NCBI GenBank assembly: GCA_037440805.1
Contig: JBBITK010000002.1
Coordinates: 1 to 61,886 of the forward strand
DNA from: Arcobacter sp.
GTDB lineage: Bacteria > Campylobacterota > Campylobacteria > Campylobacterales > Arcobacteraceae
DNA: 61,886 nucleotides
Reading direction: 5' to 3'
In this document: positions 21,724 through 31,629 of the stretch, piece after piece
How positions within the stretch are numbered: position 1 is the first letter of the stretch
Layout of the letters: each line of letters opens with the position of its first letter
Program-made: the position numbers and the translations under genes
The notes under the pieces: generated by a model
Database searches by the model: none
The model's input: only the letters and a program-made list of their open reading frames with translations
Told to the model about the DNA's origin: nothing

Positions 21724-23034
21724 ATGAGTCAAAATAAAAAACTATTTATACAAACTTTAGGGTGTCAAATGAATGACACTGATAGTCAGCATATTCAAGC
21801 AGAACTTGAAAAACATAAGGGATACTCTGCAACAGATAAAATTGAAGATGCAGATTTGATTATAATTAATACTTGCTCAGTTAGAGAAAGACCTGTTCAA
21901 AAACTTTTTTCTGAAATTGGACAATTTAATAAAAAGAAAAAAGAGGGTGCAAAAATTGGTGTTTGTGGATGTACAGCTTCACATTTAGGTAAAGATATCA
22001 TAAAAAGAGCACCATATGTGGATTTTGTAGTAGGAGCTAGAAACATCTCAAAAATAAAAGATGTGGTTGATGTAAAAGGTGCTGTTGAAGTATCTATTGA
22101 TAATGATGAATCAACTTATGAATTTGCAACTGCTAAAACAAATAAATATAGAGCAAGTGTAAATATCTCTGTTGGTTGTGATAAAAAATGTACATATTGT
22201 ATAGTGCCTAGTACAAGAGGTGAAGAGATCTCTATCCCTCCTGAAATGATTGTAGAACAAGTGCGAAAATCTGTTGAAGAGGGTGCTGTTGAAGTAATGC
22301 TTTTGGGTCAAAACGTAAACTCTTATGGAAGAAGATTTAGTGATAAAAGAGAGAAGTATACATTTACAAAACTTTTACAAGATGTTTCAAAAGTTGAAGG
22401 TTTAAAAAGAATTAGATTTACTTCTCCTCATCCATTACATATGGATGATGAGTTTATTGAAGAGTTTGCAAGAAATGAAAAAATCTCTAAGTGTATTCAT
22501 ATGCCTTTACAAAGTGGTTCAACTGAAGTTTTAAAAGCTATGAAAAGAGGTTACACTAAAGAGTGGTTTTTAAATAGAGCTTCAAAAATGAGAGAATTAG
22601 TACCAAATCTAAGAATTACAACTGATATTATTGTGGCTTTCCCTGGTGAAACACAAGAAGATTTTGAAGATACTTTAGATGTGGTAAATCAAGTTAAATT
22701 TGATCAAATTTTTAATTTCAAATACTCTCCAAGACCTGGAACTGAAGCTTTAAATATGGCTGATAAAGAGCTTTCTGATGAAATAGGAAGTGATAGATTA
22801 ACTGAACTTATAGAACTTCATAAAAGATATTTAGAAGAGTCTATGCCAAAATTAATTGGTACAACTGTAAATGTTTTAATTGAGAGTTTAAAACCAAATG
22901 GAGAAGTTTCTGGTTATACAGATAACTATTTACAAGTTTTTGCAAAAGGTAGTGATGAATTACTTGGAAAATTTGTAGATATTAAAATCATAGATGTTAC
23001 AAGAACAGCATTAAAAGGTGAAGTTGTAAAATAA
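21724..23034 (+). CDS. miaB: tRNA-2-methylthio-N6-dimethylallyladenosine synthase
   Basis: TLGCQMN, NTCSVRE, CDKKCTYC radical SAM motif and TRAM domain. Confidence 0.97.
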   Translation: MSQNKKLFIQTLGCQMNDTDSQHIQAELEKHKGYSATDKIEDADLIIINTCSVRERPVQKLFSEIGQFNKKKKEGAKIGVCGCTASHLGKDIIKRAPYVDFVVGARNISKIKDVVDVKGAVEVSIDNDESTYEFATAKTNKYRASVNISVGCDKKCTYCIVPSTRGEEISIPPEMIVEQVRKSVEEGAVEVMLLGQNVNSYGRRFSDKREKYTFTKLLQDVSKVEGLKRIRFTSPHPLHMDDEFIEEFARNEKISKCIHMPLQSGSTEVLKAMKRGYTKEWFLNRASKMRELVPNLRITTDIIVAFPGETQEDFEDTLDVVNQVKFDQIFNFKYSPRPGTEALNMADKELSDEIGSDRLTELIELHKRYLEESMPKLIGTTVNVLIESLKPNGEVSGYTDNYLQVFAKGSDELLGKFVDIKIIDVTRTALKGEVVK

Positions 23035-23648
23035 TGACTAAATATTTGAAATTAAATGTTTTGCCTTATTTATTATATTTTTTGGCAAGAATTATTTACT
23101 TTACAAATAAAAAAGTTTTTCATCATCCAAATTTTAATGACAATGAGAGTTTTATTTTTGTTGCTTGGCATGGAGATTTATTGGCTCAGCCAATAAATTA
23201 TAAAAAAAATAGACCAAATCATATTGTAAAAACTATGATTAGTCAGAGTAAAGATGGTGAAATCATTGCCAAAGTATATTCACTTTTTGGAGTTGAATCT
23301 ATTAGAGGTTCCTCTTCAAAAGGTGCTGCAAAAGCATTGATAGGAACTATAAAAGAGATAAAATCTGGAAGTGATGTGGCTTTAACTCCAGATGGTCCAA
23401 GAGGACCTAGATTTTCCATCGCAGATGGTGTTATTGCCATTGCACAAAAAAGTGAAGCTAGAGTTGTAGTTCTAAACTCCATACCTTCAAAATTTTGGCA
23501 ATTTAATTCTTGGGATAGATTTGTTTTACCAAAACCTTTTGGTAAAATAGATTTTTATATGAGTGAGCCTTTTGATATTTCAAAAATGGAATTTGAAGAA
23601 GCAAGAGATTTTATTAAGAATAAAATGATGATTCATGCAATGCCTTAA
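23034..23648 (+). CDS. DUF374 / lysophospholipid acyltransferase family protein
   Basis: WHG, SQSKDGE, RGSS, TPDGPRGP and SWDRFVLPKPF. Confidence 0.9.
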   Translation: MTKYLKLNVLPYLLYFLARIIYFTNKKVFHHPNFNDNESFIFVAWHGDLLAQPINYKKNRPNHIVKTMISQSKDGEIIAKVYSLFGVESIRGSSSKGAAKALIGTIKEIKSGSDVALTPDGPRGPRFSIADGVIAIAQKSEARVVVLNSIPSKFWQFNSWDRFVLPKPFGKIDFYMSEPFDISKMEFEEARDFIKNKMMIHAMP

Positions 23649-23669
23649 AACTAAAGTTTAGGAAATATA

Positions 23670-25355
23670 ATGTTTAACAAAGAGTTTTTATTTATAAACG
23701 CTATCAAATACGCAAATGGTCAATTAAAACTTGATTATAAAAAAATCAAAGATGAACAAATTGTTGAAACTAATAACTCTGCATTTTTAGCAGATAGTGA
23801 TATTATTCCTATTGATATTGCTCACAAATTAAATAGTTCACAATCAGAAAATCAAAATAGTTATATTTCTACACTTTTAATAAACGATAATCCTACTATA
23901 AAACCTATTGGCGAGGCTATAAATTCTAAAGAGTTTGATATTGCTCAATTTAATCAAGAGTTTAATATTGTTACTACAAAAACTAGTATAACAGAAACTA
24001 CTAGCTATTTTCATTTGACGGGTTTAGATTATATATATTCAGCATTTCATATTATGAATTTACATTTGGAAGAGAATGTAAGTAGCGATGAGATGTTAGT
24101 TTTTTTGTTTAATAATAAAGCATATATTCTAATTGTAAATAAAAATTCATCGATAGTTTTTAATGGTGTTGAAGAACTTATAACATTTGAACATATTAAA
24201 AAAACCCATTTCTATAATAATGATATGGATAGACAAATGTTATTTGATGAAGTTTATTTCTTTGAATTAAATTCAATTATCACAAATACTCTATCAAATT
24301 ATTATGCCAAAGATGGTAGTGAAACAATTAAAAAGATCACAATTTTATACACAATAAAACAGATAACAAATGAACAATTAGAGCAACTAAGAGATGAAAC
24401 TCTTATAAAAGTAGATTATCATCCAATTAATATTGATGAAGAAATTTTTGAATTATCAAAAAATAGACATTTCAAAAAAAGTTTCATTAAGCCAAGAAAG
24501 AAAAAGAAAAAATCAAATATAGTATGGTTTATAGCTATTATTTTAACTATGATTTTGATTTTTATAGGATTTAAATATAGTGATGAAATAGTTAATATTT
24601 TATCTTCTAATAAAGAGAAAACAGAAAAAGTTGTTGTAGAAAAAATAGAAGAAGCAAAAACTGAAGAAAAGATTTCTCCTAAAATAGAACCTAAAGTTGT
24701 AGTTGAAGAGAAAAAAGAAGAGCCAATAGTTGTTAAAAAAGAGGAAAAAATAGATATTAAATTACCTGATCATATCTATTTAAATGAGATTATCTCAAAT
24801 AAAATTAGTACAATTTTTGGAGTAATATCTTATGATGTGGTTTTAAAAGATATTAGAATAGAAGATAATGTCGTTGTATTAAATAGTACTCTTTTGAAAA
24901 AGAGAACTTTTGAAAAATCATTAAAACCAAATTTAGAGAAATTATATAAAGAGGTAGATTTAAGAGTTGAAGATAAGAATAAAAAGGCTTTAATTGATTC
25001 TACTATAACATTAAAAGATGAAATATTATCTTCAGATATTAATTACAAGAATTTTAATGGTAAATATGATGTTGATAAATATCTTTCTACAACAGAAGTT
25101 GATGAAGTGGTAAAATCTTTAATGCCAAAAAATGCAATAATAAAAAATTTAGAAGTTAATGAAGTTGATTATGTATCGAAATCTAATTATAAAATTAATA
25201 TTTTGACTAAATCTCCTGTAGAGTTTTTTAATTTAATTGATAGATTAAATGCTCAAAATAGCTCAATAAATATCAATTACCCTATTTCTATGAAAAAGAC
25301 TTTAAATGGAATAGAAATAGAGTTTAATTTAGTTTATAATCAAGGGAAGAAATAG
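23670..25355 (+). CDS. Bitopic membrane protein, possibly fused PilM/PilN/PilO-like
   Basis: About 280-aa N-terminal domain, KKKKKS plus one TM, K/E linker and two C-terminal alpha/beta domains. The function is inferred. Confidence 0.6.
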   Translation: MFNKEFLFINAIKYANGQLKLDYKKIKDEQIVETNNSAFLADSDIIPIDIAHKLNSSQSENQNSYISTLLINDNPTIKPIGEAINSKEFDIAQFNQEFNIVTTKTSITETTSYFHLTGLDYIYSAFHIMNLHLEENVSSDEMLVFLFNNKAYILIVNKNSSIVFNGVEELITFEHIKKTHFYNNDMDRQMLFDEVYFFELNSIITNTLSNYYAKDGSETIKKITILYTIKQITNEQLEQLRDETLIKVDYHPINIDEEIFELSKNRHFKKSFIKPRKKKKKSNIVWFIAIILTMILIFIGFKYSDEIVNILSSNKEKTEKVVVEKIEEAKTEEKISPKIEPKVVVEEKKEEPIVVKKEEKIDIKLPDHIYLNEIISNKISTIFGVISYDVVLKDIRIEDNVVVLNSTLLKKRTFEKSLKPNLEKLYKEVDLRVEDKNKKALIDSTITLKDEILSSDINYKNFNGKYDVDKYLSTTEVDEVVKSLMPKNAIIKNLEVNEVDYVSKSNYKINILTKSPVEFFNLIDRLNAQNSSININYPISMKKTLNGIEIEFNLVYNQGKK

Positions 25356-25378
25356 ATTTTAGATTTGTATGAGAATTA

Positions 25379-25412
25379 AAAAAGGGGAAGATTTTGATAT
25401 CTTCCCCTTTTT
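25379..25412. terminator. Bidirectional intrinsic terminator
   Basis: AAAAAGGGGAAGAT-TTTGAT-ATCTTCCCCTTTTT between convergent genes. Confidence 0.88.
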
Positions 25413-25431
25413 CATAGCAATGAATTATAAA

Positions 25432-26607
25432 TTAATCCATTGTTCCTGCAGGTACATGAACATGACCTTCCATAATAATTCTTGCACTTCTACTCATAGT
25501 TGCTTTATCAACTACATATTTTCCATTTTCTTTTTTAATTACTGCACCAACTTTTAAAGTTCCTGATGGGTGTCCAAACTCAACTGCAGTTTTTTCTCCT
25601 CCACCAGCAGCTAGATTTACTAAAGTTCCTTCAATACAAGCAGCAACACCAATAGCAACTGAAGCAGTTCCCATCATAGCGTGGTGTAATTTTTGCATAG
25701 ATAATGCTCTTACGTGTAAATCAATCTCATCTGCTTTGATTTCTTTACCACTTGATGTAGTAAAATCAGATTTTGGAGCAACAAAAGCAATTTTTGGAGT
25801 ATGTTGTCTTGTTTCTGCTTCTTTTAAGTCAGTTATTAAACCCATTTTTAATGCCGCATAAGATCTAATTGTTTCAAATCTTGCAAGTGCTTCAGCATCA
25901 TTGTTTATATCAACTTGAAGTTCAGTTCCTTTGTATCCTATATCAGCAGCATTTACAAAACAAGTTGGAATTCCAGCTGTAATCATAGTAGCTTTAAATG
26001 TACCAATTCCTGGAACTTCTAAATCATCTACTAAGTTTCCTGTTGGGAATAACTCTTCACTTGGATCTACAGGTTCTGCGAACTCTAATACGATTTCTTC
26101 AGCTGGGAATGCAACACCATCGATGTAGTAATCTCCCATCTCTTTAACCATACCATTTTCCATAGTTACATAACAAAGAATAGTTTTTTTGATATTTGCT
26201 TGCCAAATTCTTACACAACAAACACCATTTTCAGGCACATTATCAACTAATCCTTCTTTAATTGCAAAAGGACCAACTGCACTTGATAAATTTCCACAGT
26301 TTCCACTCATATCCACAAAATCTTTATCGATTGCAACTTGACAGAAATAGTAATCTACATCGTGATTTGGAACTGAACTTTTTCCAACTAAAATAGCTTT
26401 AGAAGTAGATGAAGTTGCTCCTCCCATACCATCCATTTGTTGTTTATAAACATCAGGACTTCCTACGATTCTTTGAAGTAATTTATCTCTTTTTGTTGGA
26501 TCTTCTTGTGCTTGTGCAGGTAAATCAGCGATGTTGAAGAATGTACCTTTAGAAGTACCACCTCTCATATATGTAGCTTTTACTTTAAATTGCGGTTGAT
26601 AACTCAT
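25432..26607 (-). CDS. prpF: 2-methylaconitate cis-trans isomerase
   Basis: YMRGGTSKG, GNCGNLSSAVG, LHHAM, GHPSG and SRSAR. Confidence 0.97.
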   Translation of the reverse strand: MSYQPQFKVKATYMRGGTSKGTFFNIADLPAQAQEDPTKRDKLLQRIVGSPDVYKQQMDGMGGATSSTSKAILVGKSSVPNHDVDYYFCQVAIDKDFVDMSGNCGNLSSAVGPFAIKEGLVDNVPENGVCCVRIWQANIKKTILCYVTMENGMVKEMGDYYIDGVAFPAEEIVLEFAEPVDPSEELFPTGNLVDDLEVPGIGTFKATMITAGIPTCFVNAADIGYKGTELQVDINNDAEALARFETIRSYAALKMGLITDLKEAETRQHTPKIAFVAPKSDFTTSSGKEIKADEIDLHVRALSMQKLHHAMMGTASVAIGVAACIEGTLVNLAAGGGEKTAVEFGHPSGTLKVGAVIKKENGKYVVDKATMSRSARIIMEGHVHVPAGTMD

Positions 26608-26700
26608 GTTTTCTCCTGTTTTGATATAAAATTATCTCTAAAAATATAGTAAATACCTTTAGAGATAATTTTAGGGCAAAGCCCTAAAATTCAATTATTA

Positions 26701-29295
26701 CTATTTACCAGCAATAACATCTTTAGCGAATTTTTGTAAAATTCCACCATTTTTGTAAACATCAACTTCAGCAGAAGTATCTAATCTACATAATACGTCG
26801 AATTTAACAACTTCACCATTTGCTCTTGTCATAACAACAGTTAAGTCACATCTTGGAGTGATTTCACCCTCAATGTCAAATGTTTCTGTTCCATCGATTG
26901 CATAAGTAAATCTTGTTTCACCATCTTTGAATTGTAATGGTAATACACCCATTCCAACTAAGTTAGTTCTGTGAATTCTCTCAATTGATTCAGCAATTAA
27001 AACTTCAACACCTGCAAGTCTTACACCTTTAGCTGCCCAGTCTCTAGAAGACCCTTGTCCATAGTTAGTTCCAGCAATAATGATAAGTGGTTGTTTTCTA
27101 TTTGTATACTCTTCAATAGCTTCCCACATTCTAGACTCAACACCCTCTGGCATAATTTTTGTTAATGAACCTTGTTTAACAGAACCATCTTCTTTTTTAA
27201 CCATTTCGTTAAATAGTTTTGGATTTGCTAAAGTAGCTCTTGAAGCTGTATGGTGATCCCCTCTGTGTGTTGCATAAGAGTTTAAATCTTCTACTGGTAA
27301 TCCCATTTTTAAACAATATTCACCAGAAGCTGAGCTTGGTAAAATTGCATTTGATGGAGATAAGTGGTCAGTAGTGATATTATCTGGGAATACCCCTAAT
27401 GGTCTCATATTTTTTAATGCTGGCATTTGCATATATTCATCTTCCCAGTATGGTGGTTTGTTGATATATGTAGATTGCGTATTCCATTTATAGAATGGCG
27501 ATGCTGTAGTTCCAGTTAAACCATTTCTAGCAAACATTGGCTCATAAATAGCGTTATACATTTCAGGTCTAACGTATTCTTTTTCAATAGCATCGATTTC
27601 AGCATCACTTGGCCATAAATCAGCTAATTTAATATCATTACCATTTGCATCTTTACCTAAAACATCATTTTCAATATCAAATCTAACTGTTCCTGCTAAT
27701 GCATAAGCAACAACAAGTGCAGGTGACGCTAAGAATGCCTCTTTTACGTATGGGTGGATTCTTCCATCAAAGTTTCTGTTTCCAGATAATACAGCAGTTG
27801 AATAGATATCTCTATCAATAACTTCTTGTTGTATTTTTGGATCTAATGCACCTGACATACCGTTACATGTTGTACAAGCAAAACCAACAACACCGAATCC
27901 TAATTTTTCCATTTCTGGTAATAATCCAGCTTCTCTTAAGTAAACTTCGATAACTTTTGAACCTGGAGCTAATGAAGATTTAACCCATGGTTTTCTTGTT
28001 AATCCTAAAGCGTTTGCTTTTTTAGCTAATAAACCAGCAGCAATAACGTTTCTTGGATTTGAAGTATTTGTACAAGAAGTAATAGCAGCAATTAAAATAC
28101 CACCATCTGGAATTAAATCACCCTCTTGAGTCCACTCTTTTACGATTCCTTCTGCTCTTAAAGTAGAAGTTGGAACTAATTTGTGTGGTTTAGAAGGACC
28201 AGCTAATGATCTTGATACTGATGTTAAATCAAAAGTTAATGTTCTAGCATATGTAGCTTGTTCAAAAGCATCTGCCCATAAACCATTAGCTTTAGCATAA
28301 GCTTCAACTAATTGACATTGTTTTTCTTCTCTTCCAGTTACTCTTAAATAAGAGATAGTTTGGTCATCAATAGCAAACATACCTGCACTTGCTCCATACT
28401 CAGGAGTCATATTTGCAATAGTAGCTCTATCACCTAAGTTTAAGTATTTGATACCTGAACCATAGAATTCTAAGTATGCAGAAATAACTTTGTTTTCTCT
28501 TAAGAATGAAGTCATAGCTAATGCAATATCAGTAGCTGTAATTCCAGGAGCTCTTGTTCCAATGATTTCAACACCAATGATTTCTGGAACCCTCATATAA
28601 GAAGGATTACCTAACATTACGTTTTCAGCTTCTAATCCACCAACACCAACAGCAATAACACCAAGTGCATCAACATGAGGAGTATGTGAGTCTGTTCCAA
28701 CTAATGTATCAGGAGATGCAACACCATCATTTAAATGAACTACTGGAGACATTTTTTCTAAGTTGATTTGGTGCATAATACCGTTACCTGGAGGGATAAC
28801 ATCAACGTTATTAAATGCTTCTTTTGTCCAGTTAATAAAGTGGAATCTATCTGCATTTCTTCTATCTTCGATATCTCTATTTTTTTGGAAAGCATCTGGA
28901 TCAAATCCACCACACTCAACTGCTAACGAGTGGTCAACGATTAATTGAGTAGGAACAACTGGATTTACTTTTAGTGGATCTCCACCTTTTGAAGCAACTG
29001 CTTCTCTAAGACCTGCAAGGTCAACGAAAGCTGTTAATCCTAAAATATCGTGACAAATAACTCTTGATGGGAACCAAGGGAAATCTTTGTCTGTTCTTTT
29101 TTCTATTAATTGTACTAATGAATCTTTTAAATCTTCAGAAGGACATTTTCTTAATAAGTTTTCTGCTAATACTCTTGAAGTATAGTTAAGTTTTGCAAAT
29201 GAACCTGGTGTGATATCTTCAACAGCAGATTTTACATCGTAGTACTTAACACCATCAACACCTGGAAGGTCTTTAAGATATTTTTCGTTTGTCAT
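26701..29295 (-). CDS. acnD: Fe/S-dependent 2-methylisocitrate dehydratase AcnD
   Basis: Aconitase motifs (DHS, GTDSHT, SCTNTSNP, ACTTCNG, GSSRDWAAKG), 864 aa, between prpC and prpF. Confidence 0.95.
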   Translation of the reverse strand: MTNEKYLKDLPGVDGVKYYDVKSAVEDITPGSFAKLNYTSRVLAENLLRKCPSEDLKDSLVQLIEKRTDKDFPWFPSRVICHDILGLTAFVDLAGLREAVASKGGDPLKVNPVVPTQLIVDHSLAVECGGFDPDAFQKNRDIEDRRNADRFHFINWTKEAFNNVDVIPPGNGIMHQINLEKMSPVVHLNDGVASPDTLVGTDSHTPHVDALGVIAVGVGGLEAENVMLGNPSYMRVPEIIGVEIIGTRAPGITATDIALAMTSFLRENKVISAYLEFYGSGIKYLNLGDRATIANMTPEYGASAGMFAIDDQTISYLRVTGREEKQCQLVEAYAKANGLWADAFEQATYARTLTFDLTSVSRSLAGPSKPHKLVPTSTLRAEGIVKEWTQEGDLIPDGGILIAAITSCTNTSNPRNVIAAGLLAKKANALGLTRKPWVKSSLAPGSKVIEVYLREAGLLPEMEKLGFGVVGFACTTCNGMSGALDPKIQQEVIDRDIYSTAVLSGNRNFDGRIHPYVKEAFLASPALVVAYALAGTVRFDIENDVLGKDANGNDIKLADLWPSDAEIDAIEKEYVRPEMYNAIYEPMFARNGLTGTTASPFYKWNTQSTYINKPPYWEDEYMQMPALKNMRPLGVFPDNITTDHLSPSNAILPSSASGEYCLKMGLPVEDLNSYATHRGDHHTASRATLANPKLFNEMVKKEDGSVKQGSLTKIMPEGVESRMWEAIEEYTNRKQPLIIIAGTNYGQGSSRDWAAKGVRLAGVEVLIAESIERIHRTNLVGMGVLPLQFKDGETRFTYAIDGTETFDIEGEITPRCDLTVVMTRANGEVVKFDVLCRLDTSAEVDVYKNGGILQKFAKDVIAGK

Positions 29296-29394
29296 TTTTT
29301 TGTATCCGTGTTTATTTTTAGTTTTTATGAGATTTAGGCTTACGCCAACAGCTTTAAGTTAGCAAAATGCTAACTTAAATCTTAATAGTTGAAA

Positions 29395-30504
29395 TTATGC
29401 TCTATCTTCGATAGCAACAAATTCTCTAGGCTCTGGTCCTGTATACTCAGAACTTGGTCTGATAATTCTGTTATTTGCTCTTTGTTCAAATGCGTGAGCA
29501 GCCCATCCAGCAGCTCTTGACATAATAAATAATGGTGTGTAGTATAATCTTTCGATTTCCATATAGTGGTAAATTAATCCACCGAAGAAGTCGATATTAT
29601 CTGGTAAACCTTTTTCAGCTTTTACTTTGTCTCTAATTGCAGTTGCAATATCAAATAATTTAGGATCAGAAGTTTCTAATTCTTTTAATTCAGCAGCTAA
29701 TTCAAAACCAACTGGAGATCTTGGGTCTAAGTTTCTATATACTCTGTGACCGAATCCCATGATTTTTTCTTTTCTAGCAAATAATTCATCAACAGATGAT
29801 AATGCATGTTCAACACTGTCAAATTGTAAAACAAATTTGATAGCAACTTCGTTTGCTCCACCATGTAAGTGACCTTTTAAAGTTCCAATACCAGTTGTCA
29901 TACAAGAGTAAATGTCTGATAATGTAGAAGCTGTAATTCTGTTAGCAAATGTAGAAGCATTAAATTCGTGCTCTGCATATAATGTTAACATTGCGTTCAT
30001 AGCTTTTACTTCAACAGCTAATGGTTTTTTCTCTTTTAATCTTTCTAAAATGAAACCAGCGATTGTAGTTTCGTCAGATTTTAAACAGATTTCTTTACCA
30101 TTTTTGTGCCAGTGGTGCCAGTAAACTAAAAATGATGGAAATGCTCCTAATAATCTGATGATTTTTGCCATTTGGTCAGAGAAATCTTCAGCTTCAGGCT
30201 CAACACATCCAAGTGCTGCAGTTGCAGTTTTCATAACATCCATTGGATGTGAAGATGCTGGGATTGATTTTAAAACATTTTTTACAGAAATTGGTAATTC
30301 TCTTCCTGCAATAATTTTTCTTGTAAAATCTTTTAATTGAGCTTTAGTTGGTAATTCTCCAACTAATAATAAATATGCTACTTCTTCGAAATCTGCTTTT
30401 AAAGCTAAATCTTGAATTGCATAACCTCTATAGTTAAGACCGTTTCCTAAACCACATGTACAAATTGCTGAACTTCCAGCTGTAACACCTGCTAATCCAC
30501 CCAT
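29395..30504 (-). CDS. prpC: 2-methylcitrate synthase
   Basis: EHEFNASTF, LHGGANE, MGFGHRVY and NRIIRP, in the prp operon. Confidence 0.95.
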   Translation of the reverse strand: MGGLAGVTAGSSAICTCGLGNGLNYRGYAIQDLALKADFEEVAYLLLVGELPTKAQLKDFTRKIIAGRELPISVKNVLKSIPASSHPMDVMKTATAALGCVEPEAEDFSDQMAKIIRLLGAFPSFLVYWHHWHKNGKEICLKSDETTIAGFILERLKEKKPLAVEVKAMNAMLTLYAEHEFNASTFANRITASTLSDIYSCMTTGIGTLKGHLHGGANEVAIKFVLQFDSVEHALSSVDELFARKEKIMGFGHRVYRNLDPRSPVGFELAAELKELETSDPKLFDIATAIRDKVKAEKGLPDNIDFFGGLIYHYMEIERLYYTPLFIMSRAAGWAAHAFEQRANNRIIRPSSEYTGPEPREFVAIEDRA

Positions 30505-30562
30505 ATTTTCTCCTTAGTTAAATTTTAAGTTTATTAAATTTTAGTTTTTTTGATAAAGCTAA

Positions 30563-31450
30563 TTATTTAGCTTTACCTTTTGAAAATAATTCATCCATTT
30601 TTTGCTCATAAGTATGGTAACCTAACATATCGTATAATTCCATTCTTGTTTGCATTGTTCCTAAAACACCCTCTTGAGTACCTTTGTCTTTTAACTCTTG
30701 GTAAACTGCAAGTGCTGCTTTATTCATTGCTCTAAATGCTGATAATGGATAAAGAACCATTGCAATTCCAACTGAAGCTAATTCTTCAGTAGTAAACATT
30801 GGAGTTGCTCCAAATTCAGTAATGTTTGCTAATACTGGTACACTAATAGCATCTGTAAATTCTTTATATTCTTTTAAAGTGTGAACTGCCTCAGCAAAAA
30901 TAGCATCTGCTCCAGCTTCAACATAAGCTTTTGCTCTAGCGATTGCAGCTTCTTGACCTTCAGATGCATGAGCATCAGTTCTAGCAATAATGTAGAAATC
31001 TGGGTCTAATTGCATTTTAGCATCAACAGCCGCTCTGATTCTATCACACATTTCTTCAGTAGATACTAACTCTTTATTTGGTCTGTGTCCACATCTTTTT
31101 GCTGCAACTTGATCTTCGATATGTAATCCAGCAGCTCCAGATCTGATAAATTCTTTAACAGTTCTAGCAACGTTGAAAGCATGTCCCCAACCAGTATCAG
31201 CATCAACGATTAATGGAGTATCACAAATAGAAGTAATTCTTCTAACATCAATACATACATCTTCGATCATTGTCATACCTAAATCTGGTAAACCGTAAGA
31301 AGCGTTTGCAATACCTCCACCTGATAAGTAGATAGCCTTATGTCCTACTCTTGTAGCTTGTAAAGCTTGGTAAGCATTAATTGTTCCAACTATTTGTAGT
31401 GGAGTATTTTCTTTTAATGCTTCTCTGAATCTTTTTCCTGCGCTTGTCAT
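30563..31450 (-). CDS. prpB: Methylisocitrate lyase
   Basis: GLPDLG, VDADTG and KRCGHRP. Start at MTSAG (31450) after AAGGA. Confidence 0.97.
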   Translation of the reverse strand: MTSAGKRFREALKENTPLQIVGTINAYQALQATRVGHKAIYLSGGGIANASYGLPDLGMTMIEDVCIDVRRITSICDTPLIVDADTGWGHAFNVARTVKEFIRSGAAGLHIEDQVAAKRCGHRPNKELVSTEEMCDRIRAAVDAKMQLDPDFYIIARTDAHASEGQEAAIARAKAYVEAGADAIFAEAVHTLKEYKEFTDAISVPVLANITEFGATPMFTTEELASVGIAMVLYPLSAFRAMNKAALAVYQELKDKGTQEGVLGTMQTRMELYDMLGYHTYEQKMDELFSKGKAK

Positions 31451-31629
31451 ACACTCATCCTTTAAAATTAAGTTGAAGATTATTATACATCTTTTATTCA
31501 ATGATGTTATGTATGATTTTTGTAAGATAAAAACAATTTTTTTCAATAAACTAACATAATGTACAATAATTGTAAAATATGTAAAAAAATAGTACAATAC
31601 AAAATATATTCTAGTCAAGGCACTATAAA

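Noticed and set aside
31451-31618. 56-aa N-terminal extension of PrpB
   Set aside because: Open-frame run through the divergent promoter. The RBS and homology point to MTSAG at 31450.
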